NCBI GenBank assembly: GCA_963664245.1
Contig: OY760934.1
Location: 165,604-229,603, forward strand
DNA from: Bacteroidales bacterium
GTDB lineage: Bacteria; Bacteroidota; Bacteroidia; Bacteroidales; GCA-2711565
DNA: 64,000 nt
Reading direction: 5' to 3'
Position numbers and translations under genes: made by a program. Below, piece after piece: positions 1 through 8,840 of this stretch; the stretch's first letter is position 1, and each line of letters starts with the position of its first letter. Under the pieces are notes generated by a model. That model made no database searches. It was given only the letters and a program-made list of their open reading frames with translations, and was not told the origin of the DNA.

Positions 1-2
1 TT

Positions 3-89
3 CCAATAAATTTAGATCAATCCGGAACCTATTATATTTATATCGAACAAAACGGAAAAGATTATCTTACGATGCTTAAGCTGGATTAA
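3..89 (+). CDS. 3' end of a CDS entering from upstream of the window; the tail resembles a T9SS-type C-terminal sorting domain
   Basis: Frame 3 is open from the window edge to TAA at 87-89. It reads PINLDQSGTYYIYIEQNGKDYLTMLKLD*, which resembles the G-x-Y-x-[IV]...K-[LIV] ending of Bacteroidota Por/T9SS C-terminal domains. Only 28 codons are visible. Confidence 0.3.
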   Translation, partial: PINLDQSGTYYIYIEQNGKDYLTMLKLD

Positions 90-110
90 GTAAATTTCTC
101 AAAAAGTAAA

Positions 111-135
111 AAGGAGCTCTTTTATAGAGCTCCTT
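111..135. terminator. Bidirectional rho-independent terminator between convergent genes
   Basis: Perfect 10-bp inverted repeat AAGGAGCTCT (111-120) / AGAGCTCCTT (126-135) with a 5-nt loop. An A-run lies upstream and a T-run (134-140) downstream. It sits between the + strand CDS tail and the argR stop. Confidence 0.65.
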
Positions 136-138
136 TTT

Positions 139-600
139 TTAAAACTCATCAATTTCACTATAGAGCATTTTGTTTAGATATACTTTGAACTCGTCGTGAT
201 TGTTACTAGTATTACTAAGAGCTATAAAAATAGTGTCTCGTCCGGCAATGGTTCCTTTAATCAGCGGGCTGGGATTGTTATCCATCAAAACTGCCATCGG
301 GCTGGCATACCCTGGCAGGGTTTTGATAATTGCCAAATTACCTGAAAAATCGAGCGATATAAAACTGTGGCTACTTGCCAATGGCTTGAGGTTTTTGTCT
401 TCAACAATTGAATACCGGTGTGATTTATCAGCATCTGTTGTTTTTGAAATATTCATTTTTTTTAAATCCCTCGACAAGGTTGCCTGTGTAAGGTTAAAGC
501 CTTCATTTCTTAAAAGCTTCAAAAGATCTTCCTGGTTGCTGATATGATGGTCGCGTATTATTTCTTTAGTTCTTAGTCTTCTAAGTCGTTTATTGTCCAT
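139..600 (-). CDS. argR: Arginine repressor ArgR
   Basis: 153 aa. The N-terminal winged-helix signature (RLRTKEIIRDHHISNQEDLLKLLRNEGFNLTQATLSRDLKK) and the C-terminal oligomerisation region (GTIAGRDTIFI) are typical of ArgR. Confidence 0.85.
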   Translation of the reverse strand: MDNKRLRRLRTKEIIRDHHISNQEDLLKLLRNEGFNLTQATLSRDLKKMNISKTTDADKSHRYSIVEDKNLKPLASSHSFISLDFSGNLAIIKTLPGYASPMAVLMDNNPSPLIKGTIAGRDTIFIALSNTSNNHDEFKVYLNKMLYSEIDEF

Positions 601-614
601 TTGAAAAGAGGTTT

Positions 615-1229
615 TTATACTTGCTTATTTGCTTTAATTGCCTTCTCAACGGCCAAAATATTTAGCTGGTTTTCATCTTCAATATTGAAGGTGTATGGGT
701 TGTATAACATGGCAGAGCATAAGCATCGGCTATAATTGTTCTTTTTTAAGGTTTCGTAATTCAAACAGTCGCTACAAGCACTCCAGAAATTTTCCGAGGT
801 ACTCAAACGTGAATAATTTACAGTTCTATAACCATTTTCATTATTGATTTTTTGAATGGTTGGACTGGTTGTTAAACTGAAAATTTTTGCTTTGGGGTAG
901 TTCTCCCGTGCTAATTTAAAAGCTTCATTCACCAAGGCTTTTGATAAGCCGCTTTTTCGGTATTCGGGAACAATAACAATGCCCGAAATAGATACATAAT
1001 GTGCTTTTTCACGCCTGCGTAAATAACAAAACCCTGCCAATTTACCATCCTTTGTTGCAATGATGGCGTTCCCGTTTAGCATTTTTTCAGAAAGGTAGTC
1101 GTGGTTCTTTAGGTTTAGCCCCCTGCTTTTTTCTGTAGCTGAAAGTTTTAGAAGGTTTTCAATTTCTTTTGAAAATGAAATGTGTTCTTCGGTTGGAATC
1201 TGAATGGTGAAATCTTCAAACTTTATCAT
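615..1229 (-). CDS. GNAT family N-acetyltransferase with a Cys-rich C-terminus, co-transcribed upstream of argR
   Basis: 204 aa. It has a GNAT core (IVIVPEYRKSGLSKALVNEAF). The C-terminal part carries a CSDC...CLC cysteine pattern. It ends 14 nt before argR. GNAT genes next to argR are common in Bacteroidota arginine loci. Confidence 0.7.
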   Translation of the reverse strand: MIKFEDFTIQIPTEEHISFSKEIENLLKLSATEKSRGLNLKNHDYLSEKMLNGNAIIATKDGKLAGFCYLRRREKAHYVSISGIVIVPEYRKSGLSKALVNEAFKLARENYPKAKIFSLTTSPTIQKINNENGYRTVNYSRLSTSENFWSACSDCLNYETLKKNNYSRCLCSAMLYNPYTFNIEDENQLNILAVEKAIKANKQV

Positions 1230-1499
1230 GGTATAAGAATTTATGATTTATACGTGGATGTGTATATAATTATGCAAATATACTATTATTCTGTATAATA
1301 TGCAAGCAGATTGTAAGATTCTTTATTTGTTTAATCAGCCTTTGCTTCGGTGGAAGAGAAGGAGCGGTGTGGTTCCCTTTTATTTCTGCTGTAGAACAAT
1401 AATTACAAACCTTGCTTTGGGGTTAGCCATTCATTGTAAAGAATGTTTTTGATCTCTGAAAAAATGAAATACAGAAATGGCTGATAACTTTGGATCAGC

Positions 1500-1519
1500 T
1501 TTTTTTTTTTTTTTTTTTA
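1500..1519. repeat. Homopolymeric T20 tract (A20 on the minus strand) in an intergenic region
   Basis: Direct count of 20 consecutive T from 1500 to 1519. A 6-bp hairpin precedes it (GCTGAT 1480-1485 / ATCAGC 1494-1499). A 9-bp hairpin follows it (TGGCAAAAA 1531-1539 / TTTTTGCCA 1543-1551). Confidence 0.95.
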
Positions 1520-1576
1520 TAAAGAAACAGTGGCAAAAATGTTTTTTGCCAGGGCGTTTTTTAGGGCGGATTAATA

Positions 1577-1798
1577 TTAATCCATCCTGCGAGCTTTATC
1601 TTTTGAGTCTTTAGTGATGAGCTGAATGTCTAATTGATGAGTTTTTCCTGAGATAATAATCAAAGACGAAGCACCCGGGTTCCCGGTTTTATAACGCTTA
1701 AAACCAGATGATTTTGAGTGAGGATCGTTGATAATCTTTTTTACTGATTTTCTTGAAACGTATCCTACGCCACTTAGTAGATACTTAAACTCGAGCAT
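1577..1798 (-). CDS. Small hypothetical protein, possibly an S4-like RNA-binding protein
   Basis: The ORF-track frame is 1577..1858. The internal Met at 1798 avoids overlap with the upstream threonine aldolase gene. LEFKYLLSGVGYVSRKSVKKII loosely fits the S4 pattern (hydrophobic-x-K-[FWY]-L...G...SR...LI). The assignment is weak. Confidence 0.3.
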   Translation of the reverse strand: MLEFKYLLSGVGYVSRKSVKKIINDPHSKSSGFKRYKTGNPGASSLIIISGKTHQLDIQLITKDSKDKARRMD

Positions 1799-1832
1799 TT
1801 GTTCTATTTTGTACAAAAATAAACATTCCTGA

Positions 1833-2858
1833 TTAAAAACGAAGCTTGTCCAGTACACTTAGAGTTTGTTCAAGCATCTCTTCTGTAAAATCCAAATGGG
1901 TAACCATTCGGATGTGTTGGGGGCCAAAGCCAATGGCTTTAATATTTTGTTTTTCCAGTGCCGAAAGAAAAATTTCATTCGTGATGCCATCTTTTAGTTT
2001 AAAGATAAGAATGTTTGTTTCGGCCTCAAAAACATGGTCAATGTAAGATTGTTGTTTGAGTTTATCGCAGATTGCTTTTGCCCTGTGGTGGTCATCATCC
2101 AGTCGTTCAATATGATTGTCGAGGGCGTAAATACAGGCAGCAGCCAGGTAGCCGGCCTGGCGCATGGCTCCTCCAAACAGCTTGCGTACATGGCGGGCAC
2201 GGTCAATAAAATTTTTACTGCCAACTAAAGCACTCCCAACCGGGGTTCCCAGTCCTTTCGAAAAACAAATGGAAATAGAATCGAAAACTTCTCCGTATTG
2301 ACGGGGTGTTTCCTTGGTTACCCTTAATGCATTGAAAATCCGGGCTCCATCCAGGTGGAGTCTTAGGTTGAACTCATTGCAAACTTCCTTTATTTTGAGA
2401 ATCTCCTGAAAATCATAACAGCTTCCACCGCCTTTATTGGAAGTGTTTTCGAGCGAGACCAAACTGCTTTTGGGTTTGTGTATATCAAACGGGTTGACGT
2501 TATCGTATACCTGTTTGGCCGTAATTCGGCCGCGGTCGCCCTGCACCAGGCGGACAGATGCCAGCGAATTAAAGGCAATTCCTCCTCCTTCAAAACGGTA
2601 CACGTGCGAATCGGTATCACAAATCACTTCGTCGGCGGGTTTGGTGTGCACGTTTATTGCAATCTGATTGGTTTGTGTCCCCGACGGACAATATATGGCT
2701 GCTTCCTTCCCGAAAATCCCAGCGATTTTTTCTTCTAGTTGGTTTACCGTTGGATCTTCCCCAAAAACATCATCTCCAACTTCGGCTTTAAACATAGCCT
2801 CAAGCATTGGTTTTGTGGGTTTTGTAAAGGTGTCGCTTCTTAAATCTATGTAGCTCAT
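1833..2858 (-). CDS. ltaE: Low-specificity L-threonine aldolase (PLP-dependent)
   Basis: 341 aa. The N-terminus IDLRSDTFTKPTKPMLEAM...GDDVFGEDPTVNQLEEK and the later SICFSKGLGTPVGS (PLP-lysine region) are characteristic of the threonine aldolase family. Confidence 0.85.
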   Translation of the reverse strand: MSYIDLRSDTFTKPTKPMLEAMFKAEVGDDVFGEDPTVNQLEEKIAGIFGKEAAIYCPSGTQTNQIAINVHTKPADEVICDTDSHVYRFEGGGIAFNSLASVRLVQGDRGRITAKQVYDNVNPFDIHKPKSSLVSLENTSNKGGGSCYDFQEILKIKEVCNEFNLRLHLDGARIFNALRVTKETPRQYGEVFDSISICFSKGLGTPVGSALVGSKNFIDRARHVRKLFGGAMRQAGYLAAACIYALDNHIERLDDDHHRAKAICDKLKQQSYIDHVFEAETNILIFKLKDGITNEIFLSALEKQNIKAIGFGPQHIRMVTHLDFTEEMLEQTLSVLDKLRF

Positions 2859-2859
2859 C

Positions 2860-5286
2860 TTAGTGGTGTTTTTTTAAATACTGCCAGTCAAGATAATATA
2901 AAATTTTTAGAGAAAAGCTATTATGCTGCGGAGATTTTAAAAGATTATTAACATTAGTAAAATAATTTTTTTCGTATTTACCTTCGTCGTATTCGAAAAT
3001 TGCATTTTTCCATACCAATGATAATTCGCTCCCGGGCGCAAATTCCCAGCGATAAACCAAATCGATGTTAAACGTATTAAAGGTTGAATTATGTTCGTCA
3101 GAAAAATAAGTAATGGGCGTTAAATCGCCGTTTTGTTCAAGCTTATAAAATTCTTTGTATTTGGTTGCAGAACTGTAATGTCTTAGTCTGAAGTTTAAGG
3201 CAGATTTATTGTTGAAGATATAATTAAGGCTCACGGAGTTTTCGATAACTTTCCGGTTTCTTCTGCCAAATATAATATCATCCGTGCTTTCGTCATCTTC
3301 TACATACCCAAAATTATTGATGTTGTTATTAAATTCTAAGAGATATTCGATGTTACACCTGTCACTTATTTGTAGGGTTGGATTGATATCAAAGTAATAC
3401 CGTTTGGATGAGGTTCGTGGAGCATTATAATAATTGAAACTCTGGCGGTATACAAACCGTTTTCGGCTATCTGTTGCAAAATAGTTGTTGTATTCATAGT
3501 ATTTTGCCCTGCAGAATACATGTCCTTCGCTTCGGGGTTCGAAAAAATCTTTTTCATCCGTTAGCATGGTAAAAAAGGAATTATTTAGCCGGATATTGTT
3601 TTTAAATAAACCACCGGTATATAAGTTTATCATGCTGCTAACGTATGCTTGCGAATCGTAAAGTTTATTGTGTTCGGCGAAAAACTCTGAATACCACTCT
3701 TTTACAATCCAGCTTGGTTTGGTGATGTTATGCGACAGGGAGATGGCATGCTGTATATAGTTGTTCTTCCTGAAATATCCTAAATCGTTTTGGTCATAAT
3801 TTTCAGTGGCAGCATTTCGGGCCATACCCCAGCGAAAGTTCCCTTTTTCTTTGCCAATATGAACCCGGTATTTTATCCCGGTTTTGGCATCACTTTCATT
3901 ATCTTCCTTTACCCGGCTGTAAGCAAGATATCCCGAAATATTATAATTTATGTTTTTGTCGTAAAATTCAAATTCCGAACCGATTACATCCGCGCTAAAA
4001 TGATCGGCTGGAGAAATGACATTGGTATTGATGAGGCTAACAAAAGAGTTGTTCTTTAACGTTTTTTCGATAACACTTACATTGTAATTTGTAAAAGCCT
4101 GTGTGTTTAAGGTTCTGGTTCGATCATTTATCGTATCCAGAATTTCAGCTTCCATGGGTTTTGTCATCGCGTTTAAGAACCCAATCCCAAAACCGTTCTT
4201 TGTTTTGCCACTGATTTTTGTTGCATTAATTAATTTGCTTTCAGCGGGGTTTTCCGAAACAATCTCATTTTCCAATAGTTCGTCTTCAGGATTGTAAAAG
4301 TTTCTGGGTTTGTTTCCAATTCTTCGGGAATAAAATAAATCGCCACGGCTAAATAAATCCAGATTCTCGGTAAAAAATTGTCTTTTCTCCTGGTAATATG
4401 TTTCATAAGGGGAGAGGTTTTGCACAATGTCGTCCGATTCAACCTGCCCAAAATCGGGAATGAGCATCATGTCCAAAGTAAAACTTTCGTTGATGCCGTA
4501 CTTAAGGTCAACGCCTCCTTTTATATCTGTTGTCCATTTCTTTTTTTCCCCGTTATGGGTAAAGTAAGAGGAGAAATAAGGCGAGAATGATAAACGAACT
4601 GGGGGCTCTACATCTTTGATTCCCCTTAAGATGCCTAACTGTGAATTGGTGTTTGATATATTTCGGTCGATAAAGCTCCATGAACTTTCGCCGGAATAAT
4701 GAGAGTGGTAGCGAATAAGGTTAAAGGCCCAATCCTGGCTCTCTTTTGGAAAACGCAATGCCGAGAACGGAATTTCCATTTCGGCAACCCAACCGCTGTC
4801 AGTAACCTGAACGGCTGTTTTATAAACCGCATCCCAGCTTTTAGATCCGTTATAGTCCCATTGTACTCCTGCTGAGGTGACAAAGAAACGGGCAAATGTT
4901 TGCCCGTCGTTAAAAGGATTAATAAGTATCCCAAAATAATCACTGCCTCCCATTTCATCCCTGTTACTCAGGTAAACCCGTACACTATCCCTACTTTGCT
5001 CGTGCATATAAGCGCCAATATAAATGGCTTTGTCGTCATAAATAATCCGTGCCTGTGTTTCGTTATATGCTTTACTTCCGTTATCGGGGTATAATACAAT
5101 AAAGTCGGTTGCTATCGGAGCTTTCTTCCAGGCTTCATCGTTCAGAACCCCGTCAATTTTAGGTGCCTTTTTTACCCTGACGGTTTCATAAATTTTTTTT
5201 TCTTTGTTTACCTGGGAATATACGTTGGTAGAAAAAAATATACTCAAAAATAGAAGGGTCAAGAATGTTTTTCTTGAAGTTTTCAT
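2860..5286 (-). CDS. Secreted CBM9-like / DUF5916-type large beta-rich protein
   Basis: 808 aa with a signal peptide (LLFLSIFFSTNVYSQ). An N-terminal KIDGVLNDEAWKKAPIATDF motif typical of carbohydrate-binding family 9-like domains is followed by a long aromatic/Gly/Asn-rich beta region. Confidence 0.55.
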   Translation of the reverse strand: MKTSRKTFLTLLFLSIFFSTNVYSQVNKEKKIYETVRVKKAPKIDGVLNDEAWKKAPIATDFIVLYPDNGSKAYNETQARIIYDDKAIYIGAYMHEQSRDSVRVYLSNRDEMGGSDYFGILINPFNDGQTFARFFVTSAGVQWDYNGSKSWDAVYKTAVQVTDSGWVAEMEIPFSALRFPKESQDWAFNLIRYHSHYSGESSWSFIDRNISNTNSQLGILRGIKDVEPPVRLSFSPYFSSYFTHNGEKKKWTTDIKGGVDLKYGINESFTLDMMLIPDFGQVESDDIVQNLSPYETYYQEKRQFFTENLDLFSRGDLFYSRRIGNKPRNFYNPEDELLENEIVSENPAESKLINATKISGKTKNGFGIGFLNAMTKPMEAEILDTINDRTRTLNTQAFTNYNVSVIEKTLKNNSFVSLINTNVISPADHFSADVIGSEFEFYDKNINYNISGYLAYSRVKEDNESDAKTGIKYRVHIGKEKGNFRWGMARNAATENYDQNDLGYFRKNNYIQHAISLSHNITKPSWIVKEWYSEFFAEHNKLYDSQAYVSSMINLYTGGLFKNNIRLNNSFFTMLTDEKDFFEPRSEGHVFCRAKYYEYNNYFATDSRKRFVYRQSFNYYNAPRTSSKRYYFDINPTLQISDRCNIEYLLEFNNNINNFGYVEDDESTDDIIFGRRNRKVIENSVSLNYIFNNKSALNFRLRHYSSATKYKEFYKLEQNGDLTPITYFSDEHNSTFNTFNIDLVYRWEFAPGSELSLVWKNAIFEYDEGKYEKNYFTNVNNLLKSPQHNSFSLKILYYLDWQYLKKHH

Positions 5287-5404
5287 TGGCTCTTAAATTT
5301 TAGGTCGCAGTGTCAAAACTAATTGAAGTATATACAATAAACAGCTGTTAACTTGCAGTTTGTTCGTTTTATAAAATATTTGGTTGATATGAGGCAATTT
5401 TTAG

Positions 5405-5923
5405 TTATTCGCTCAAGAGTTTCGTAATTTTTTCTTTCATCTCGTTAAATTCTTCTCGTTTGAATAACCTTGTTTTAAAAACAATTTGCCCTGCTTTATC
5501 AATAATTACGTTACGGGTAACCCCACTCTTTTTTAAGGCAAATAATCCAAAAATATCTGCATTAGGATCCAGGGCAACCGGGTAAGTAATTCCTGTTTCA
5601 CGGGCAAGTTTTTTGGCTGTTCTCAATGGTTCGTCCCGGTCAATTGCAATCACAATAAAATCGTTATCCTTGTGAATCTGCCAGATTTCTTCTTCAATGA
5701 AAGGCATTTCTTTGCGGCAAACGCTGCACCAACTGGCTGTAAACTGAAGCATTACCACTTTCCCTTTTAAGTCTGAAAGTTTTAGGGTGCTTCCATCAGT
5801 TAATTTCATCTTAAAATCAGGAGCCATTTGGCCGTTTTTAACGATGTAGCCCACAGAATCAGCTTCTTGTGCAAAAAATACTGTTGCAGGAAATAATAAA
5901 GCAATAATAATTTGAAAGCGCAT
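5405..5923 (-). CDS. TlpA-family thiol:disulfide oxidoreductase (thioredoxin fold)
   Basis: 172 aa with a signal peptide. It has a WCSVC active-site motif in an AhpC/TSA/TlpA-like context (VVMLQFTASWCSVCRKEMP). Confidence 0.8.
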   Translation of the reverse strand: MRFQIIIALLFPATVFFAQEADSVGYIVKNGQMAPDFKMKLTDGSTLKLSDLKGKVVMLQFTASWCSVCRKEMPFIEEEIWQIHKDNDFIVIAIDRDEPLRTAKKLARETGITYPVALDPNADIFGLFALKKSGVTRNVIIDKAGQIVFKTRLFKREEFNEMKEKITKLLSE

Positions 5924-6059
5924 AAGTGTGTTAAAATTTGGTTGATTGTTTTTTGTCGAAGTTAAAAATTTTTGCCTTTTCCGCTTAATAGATTAACATA
6001 TTGTTAACAACCCTATTGTTTTGCTGTTTTTATTGCAATGATTTCTTAATTTTGGTTTT

Positions 6060-7679
6060 ATGAAAAACAACTTTTGGCTGTTTTTAAGCCTGGCTTTTAT
6101 TCTTTCTTGTTCTTCCAATGTTGGAACCGATCAGGGAAAAAAAATATTTAAGTACAACGAGGCGGCCGGTATTTCATCGCTTGATCCGGCTTTTGCCAAA
6201 GATTTATCGAATATCTGGGCGTGCAACCAATTGTTTAATGGTCTGGTTCAGTTGAATGATAAACTGGAGGTTGTGCCCTGCATTGCCAAAAATTGGGAAA
6301 TATCTGCCGACGGGCGAACCTATACCTTTAATCTACGGAAAGATGTTTTTTTTCATGAGAATCCTAATTTTGCAAAACGGAAAGTTGTGGCCGCTGATTT
6401 TTTGTACAGCTTTAAGCGTATTGTTGATCCGAAAGTGGCTTCGCCCGGTTTGTGGGTGTTCAATGCGGTGGAAAACAAGGCCGGGAACTATGCTTTTGAA
6501 GCTCCCAACGATTCTACCTTTGTTATTAAATTGAAGGAATCGTTTACGCCTTTCCTCGGAATTTTAGCCATGAAATATTGCTCGGTAGTTCCCCACGAAG
6601 CAGTTGAATTTTATGGTGAAGATTTCCGTAAGAACCCGGTGGGAACAGGCCCTTTTAAATTTCAGTTGTGGAAAGAATCAAAGAAACTGGTATTTCGTAA
6701 GAACCCTGATTATTTTGAGTTTGAGGGAGAAAATCGTTTGCCATACCTCGATGCAGTTTCTGTTACTTTTTTGATCGATAAACAATCGGCTTTTTTGCAA
6801 TTTGTGCAGGGAAAACTTGATTTTATGTCGGGCATTGATGCTAGTTATAAAGATGAATTGCTGACCCGCGACGGAAAACTAAGAAGCAAATACCAAGCCG
6901 AAGTTAAGCTGGAAACCCAGCCATATTTGAATACGGAGTACCTCGGAATTTTAGTGGACGCCGAAAAAGAAATTGTACAGCAATCGCCACTGCGGTTTAA
7001 AGAAGTCCGCCAGGCCATAAATTATGGTTTTGACCGGGCAAAGATGATGGAATATTTGCGTAACAATATTGGCGAACCCGGACTGAATGGAATGATCCCG
7101 AAAGGCTTGCCGGCTTTTCAGAACGATAAACAATATTATAGTTACCAACCCGATAAAGCCCGGAAATTATTGCAATCGGTTGGCTATAATTCTCAAAACC
7201 CGGCTGAGATAACCTTGGTTACCAATGCTGATTATTTGGATTTGTGCAAATACATCCAGCACCAGCTCAACGAAATTGGCTTTGAAGTTTCTATAGAAGT
7301 GAACCCGGCGGCTGCTTTGCGGGAAATGAAAGCACAGGCAAAACTGAATTTTTTTCGTGCCTCGTGGATTGCCGATTACCCGGACGAAGAAAATTATTTG
7401 TCGTTGTTTTACTCCAAAAACTTTTGTCCTGACGGACCCAATTATACCCATTTTAAAAACAGTGAATTCGATCGTTTGTACGAAAAATCCCTGGCCGAGA
7501 CCGATGCCGAAAAACGTCAGGTTTTATACCAAAAAATGGATGAGCTCATAATGGAAGAAGCCCCGGTAGTGGTTTTGTATTACGATCAGGTGCTGCGTTT
7601 TTCCCGCAAAAACATTAAAGGCTTGGGGAGCAATGCCGTGAATTTGCTGGATTTGAAAAGGGTGGAAAAGATTAATTGA
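6060..7679 (+). CDS. ABC transporter substrate-binding lipoprotein, family 5 (peptide/nickel type)
   Basis: 539 aa with a lipobox (ILSCSS). It has typical SBP_bac_5 segments (GISSLDPAFA..., PVGTGPFKF). No permease or ATPase genes are adjacent. Confidence 0.8.
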   Translation: MKNNFWLFLSLAFILSCSSNVGTDQGKKIFKYNEAAGISSLDPAFAKDLSNIWACNQLFNGLVQLNDKLEVVPCIAKNWEISADGRTYTFNLRKDVFFHENPNFAKRKVVAADFLYSFKRIVDPKVASPGLWVFNAVENKAGNYAFEAPNDSTFVIKLKESFTPFLGILAMKYCSVVPHEAVEFYGEDFRKNPVGTGPFKFQLWKESKKLVFRKNPDYFEFEGENRLPYLDAVSVTFLIDKQSAFLQFVQGKLDFMSGIDASYKDELLTRDGKLRSKYQAEVKLETQPYLNTEYLGILVDAEKEIVQQSPLRFKEVRQAINYGFDRAKMMEYLRNNIGEPGLNGMIPKGLPAFQNDKQYYSYQPDKARKLLQSVGYNSQNPAEITLVTNADYLDLCKYIQHQLNEIGFEVSIEVNPAAALREMKAQAKLNFFRASWIADYPDEENYLSLFYSKNFCPDGPNYTHFKNSEFDRLYEKSLAETDAEKRQVLYQKMDELIMEEAPVVVLYYDQVLRFSRKNIKGLGSNAVNLLDLKRVEKIN

Positions 7680-7699
7680 TTTTAGTCGTATTAGGATGT

Positions 7700-8251
7700 T
7701 TATTGACCGAGAAAAAGTTTATTGCCAAGAATTTCGTTTGCAGGTATTTTTATTTCAAATATGGTTTGGTTACTCTGCCTACTTTCTGTAATGATTGAAA
7801 AGAATAATACTCCCCATAAAACAAATCCGATTATTATAATTAAAATTTTACCGGTATTTAATTTTTCTTCCGTGTTATAGTTTTTGTCATTTTTAATTGC
7901 AAAATTCAAGGAATTAAGTGGATGGATTAAAAATGTGAATGAGAATATTGATAACATCCAATAGTAATCGGGCAAATAGATTAAAAACAGCGTAGCGAAA
8001 AACCCAAGATACAATAAGAAAGGAGAAAATGTTTTAGCCTTGTTTTTTGATTTAGAATATTTTTTGATCCGGGTAAGTAAAGGGATTAAGTAGAAAATGG
8101 ATAAAAGTGTTTTTTAAGCCGGGTTAATAGTCAAATTATCTTTTTCATTGAAGAACCTCCAGTTTTTATATATCCACCAGGTTGAGTATAAACCAAATGT
8201 TGCTATATGCAGTAGCATAAATATGATAGGCTTGGTAAGGTTGATTTTCAT
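7700..8251 (-). pseudogene. DUF4234-like membrane protein interrupted by one in-frame TAA
   Basis: The ATG at 8251 opens MKINLTKPIIFMLLHIATFGLYSTWWIYKNWRFFNEKDNLTINPA, then TAA at 8116-8114. The same frame stays open and runs into the track ORF 7700..8014, whose 'start' is a TTG. I verified the frame codon by codon (8251-8014 = 237 = 79x3). Confidence 0.4.
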
Positions 8252-8264
8252 TGTTAGTTGTTTT

Positions 8265-8804
8265 TTATATTTCTAAAAAAATAACAGAGTCTGAATTTTT
8301 GGGAGGTAGTGATAAATCACATGTGAAAAATCCAGTTGTGTCATTTACGATACTTTGAATAATTGATTTTGAAATTGAATCATAAGATATTGTTAAAAAG
8401 TATCCTTGTTCATCATTCTCTGAGATAATTAATAACCCATACTGCTCATTGTAAAAGTAGTCTCGTTTATCAATAGATTGGTATCTCGAAACTTTATACT
8501 TTATTCCTTCAATAATTATTGTTTTGTTTAAGGTTAATTTAAAGTCAATATAGCTTTTGATAGTTGAGTCATTTGTCAGATTTTTTGAAAATGAATAGAT
8601 TGACGTGTCGTTTTTGATTTTATATATGTAGTGGATTCTGTCATTTTTATAGTAACGATCTAATTGTATTGTATCAGAGTGTTTTAATTCAAGATGATTA
8701 TAGTATCTGATTATTACATTTTTGTTTTTACAAATAATTCCATCAGAATTACAAGATGAAATTAAGATTGTAATTAAAAAAAGAAATATGAAGTTTTTTT
8801 TCAT
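8265..8804 (-). CDS. Hypothetical lipoprotein
   Basis: 179 aa with a signal peptide and lipobox (LISSCNS). No recognisable domain. The coding sequence is AT-rich. Confidence 0.5.
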   Translation of the reverse strand: MKKNFIFLFLITILISSCNSDGIICKNKNVIIRYYNHLELKHSDTIQLDRYYKNDRIHYIYKIKNDTSIYSFSKNLTNDSTIKSYIDFKLTLNKTIIIEGIKYKVSRYQSIDKRDYFYNEQYGLLIISENDEQGYFLTISYDSISKSIIQSIVNDTTGFFTCDLSLPPKNSDSVIFLEI

Positions 8805-8840
8805 AAGCGAGTTGTTGAGCCTAAAATATCATAAGAAAAT

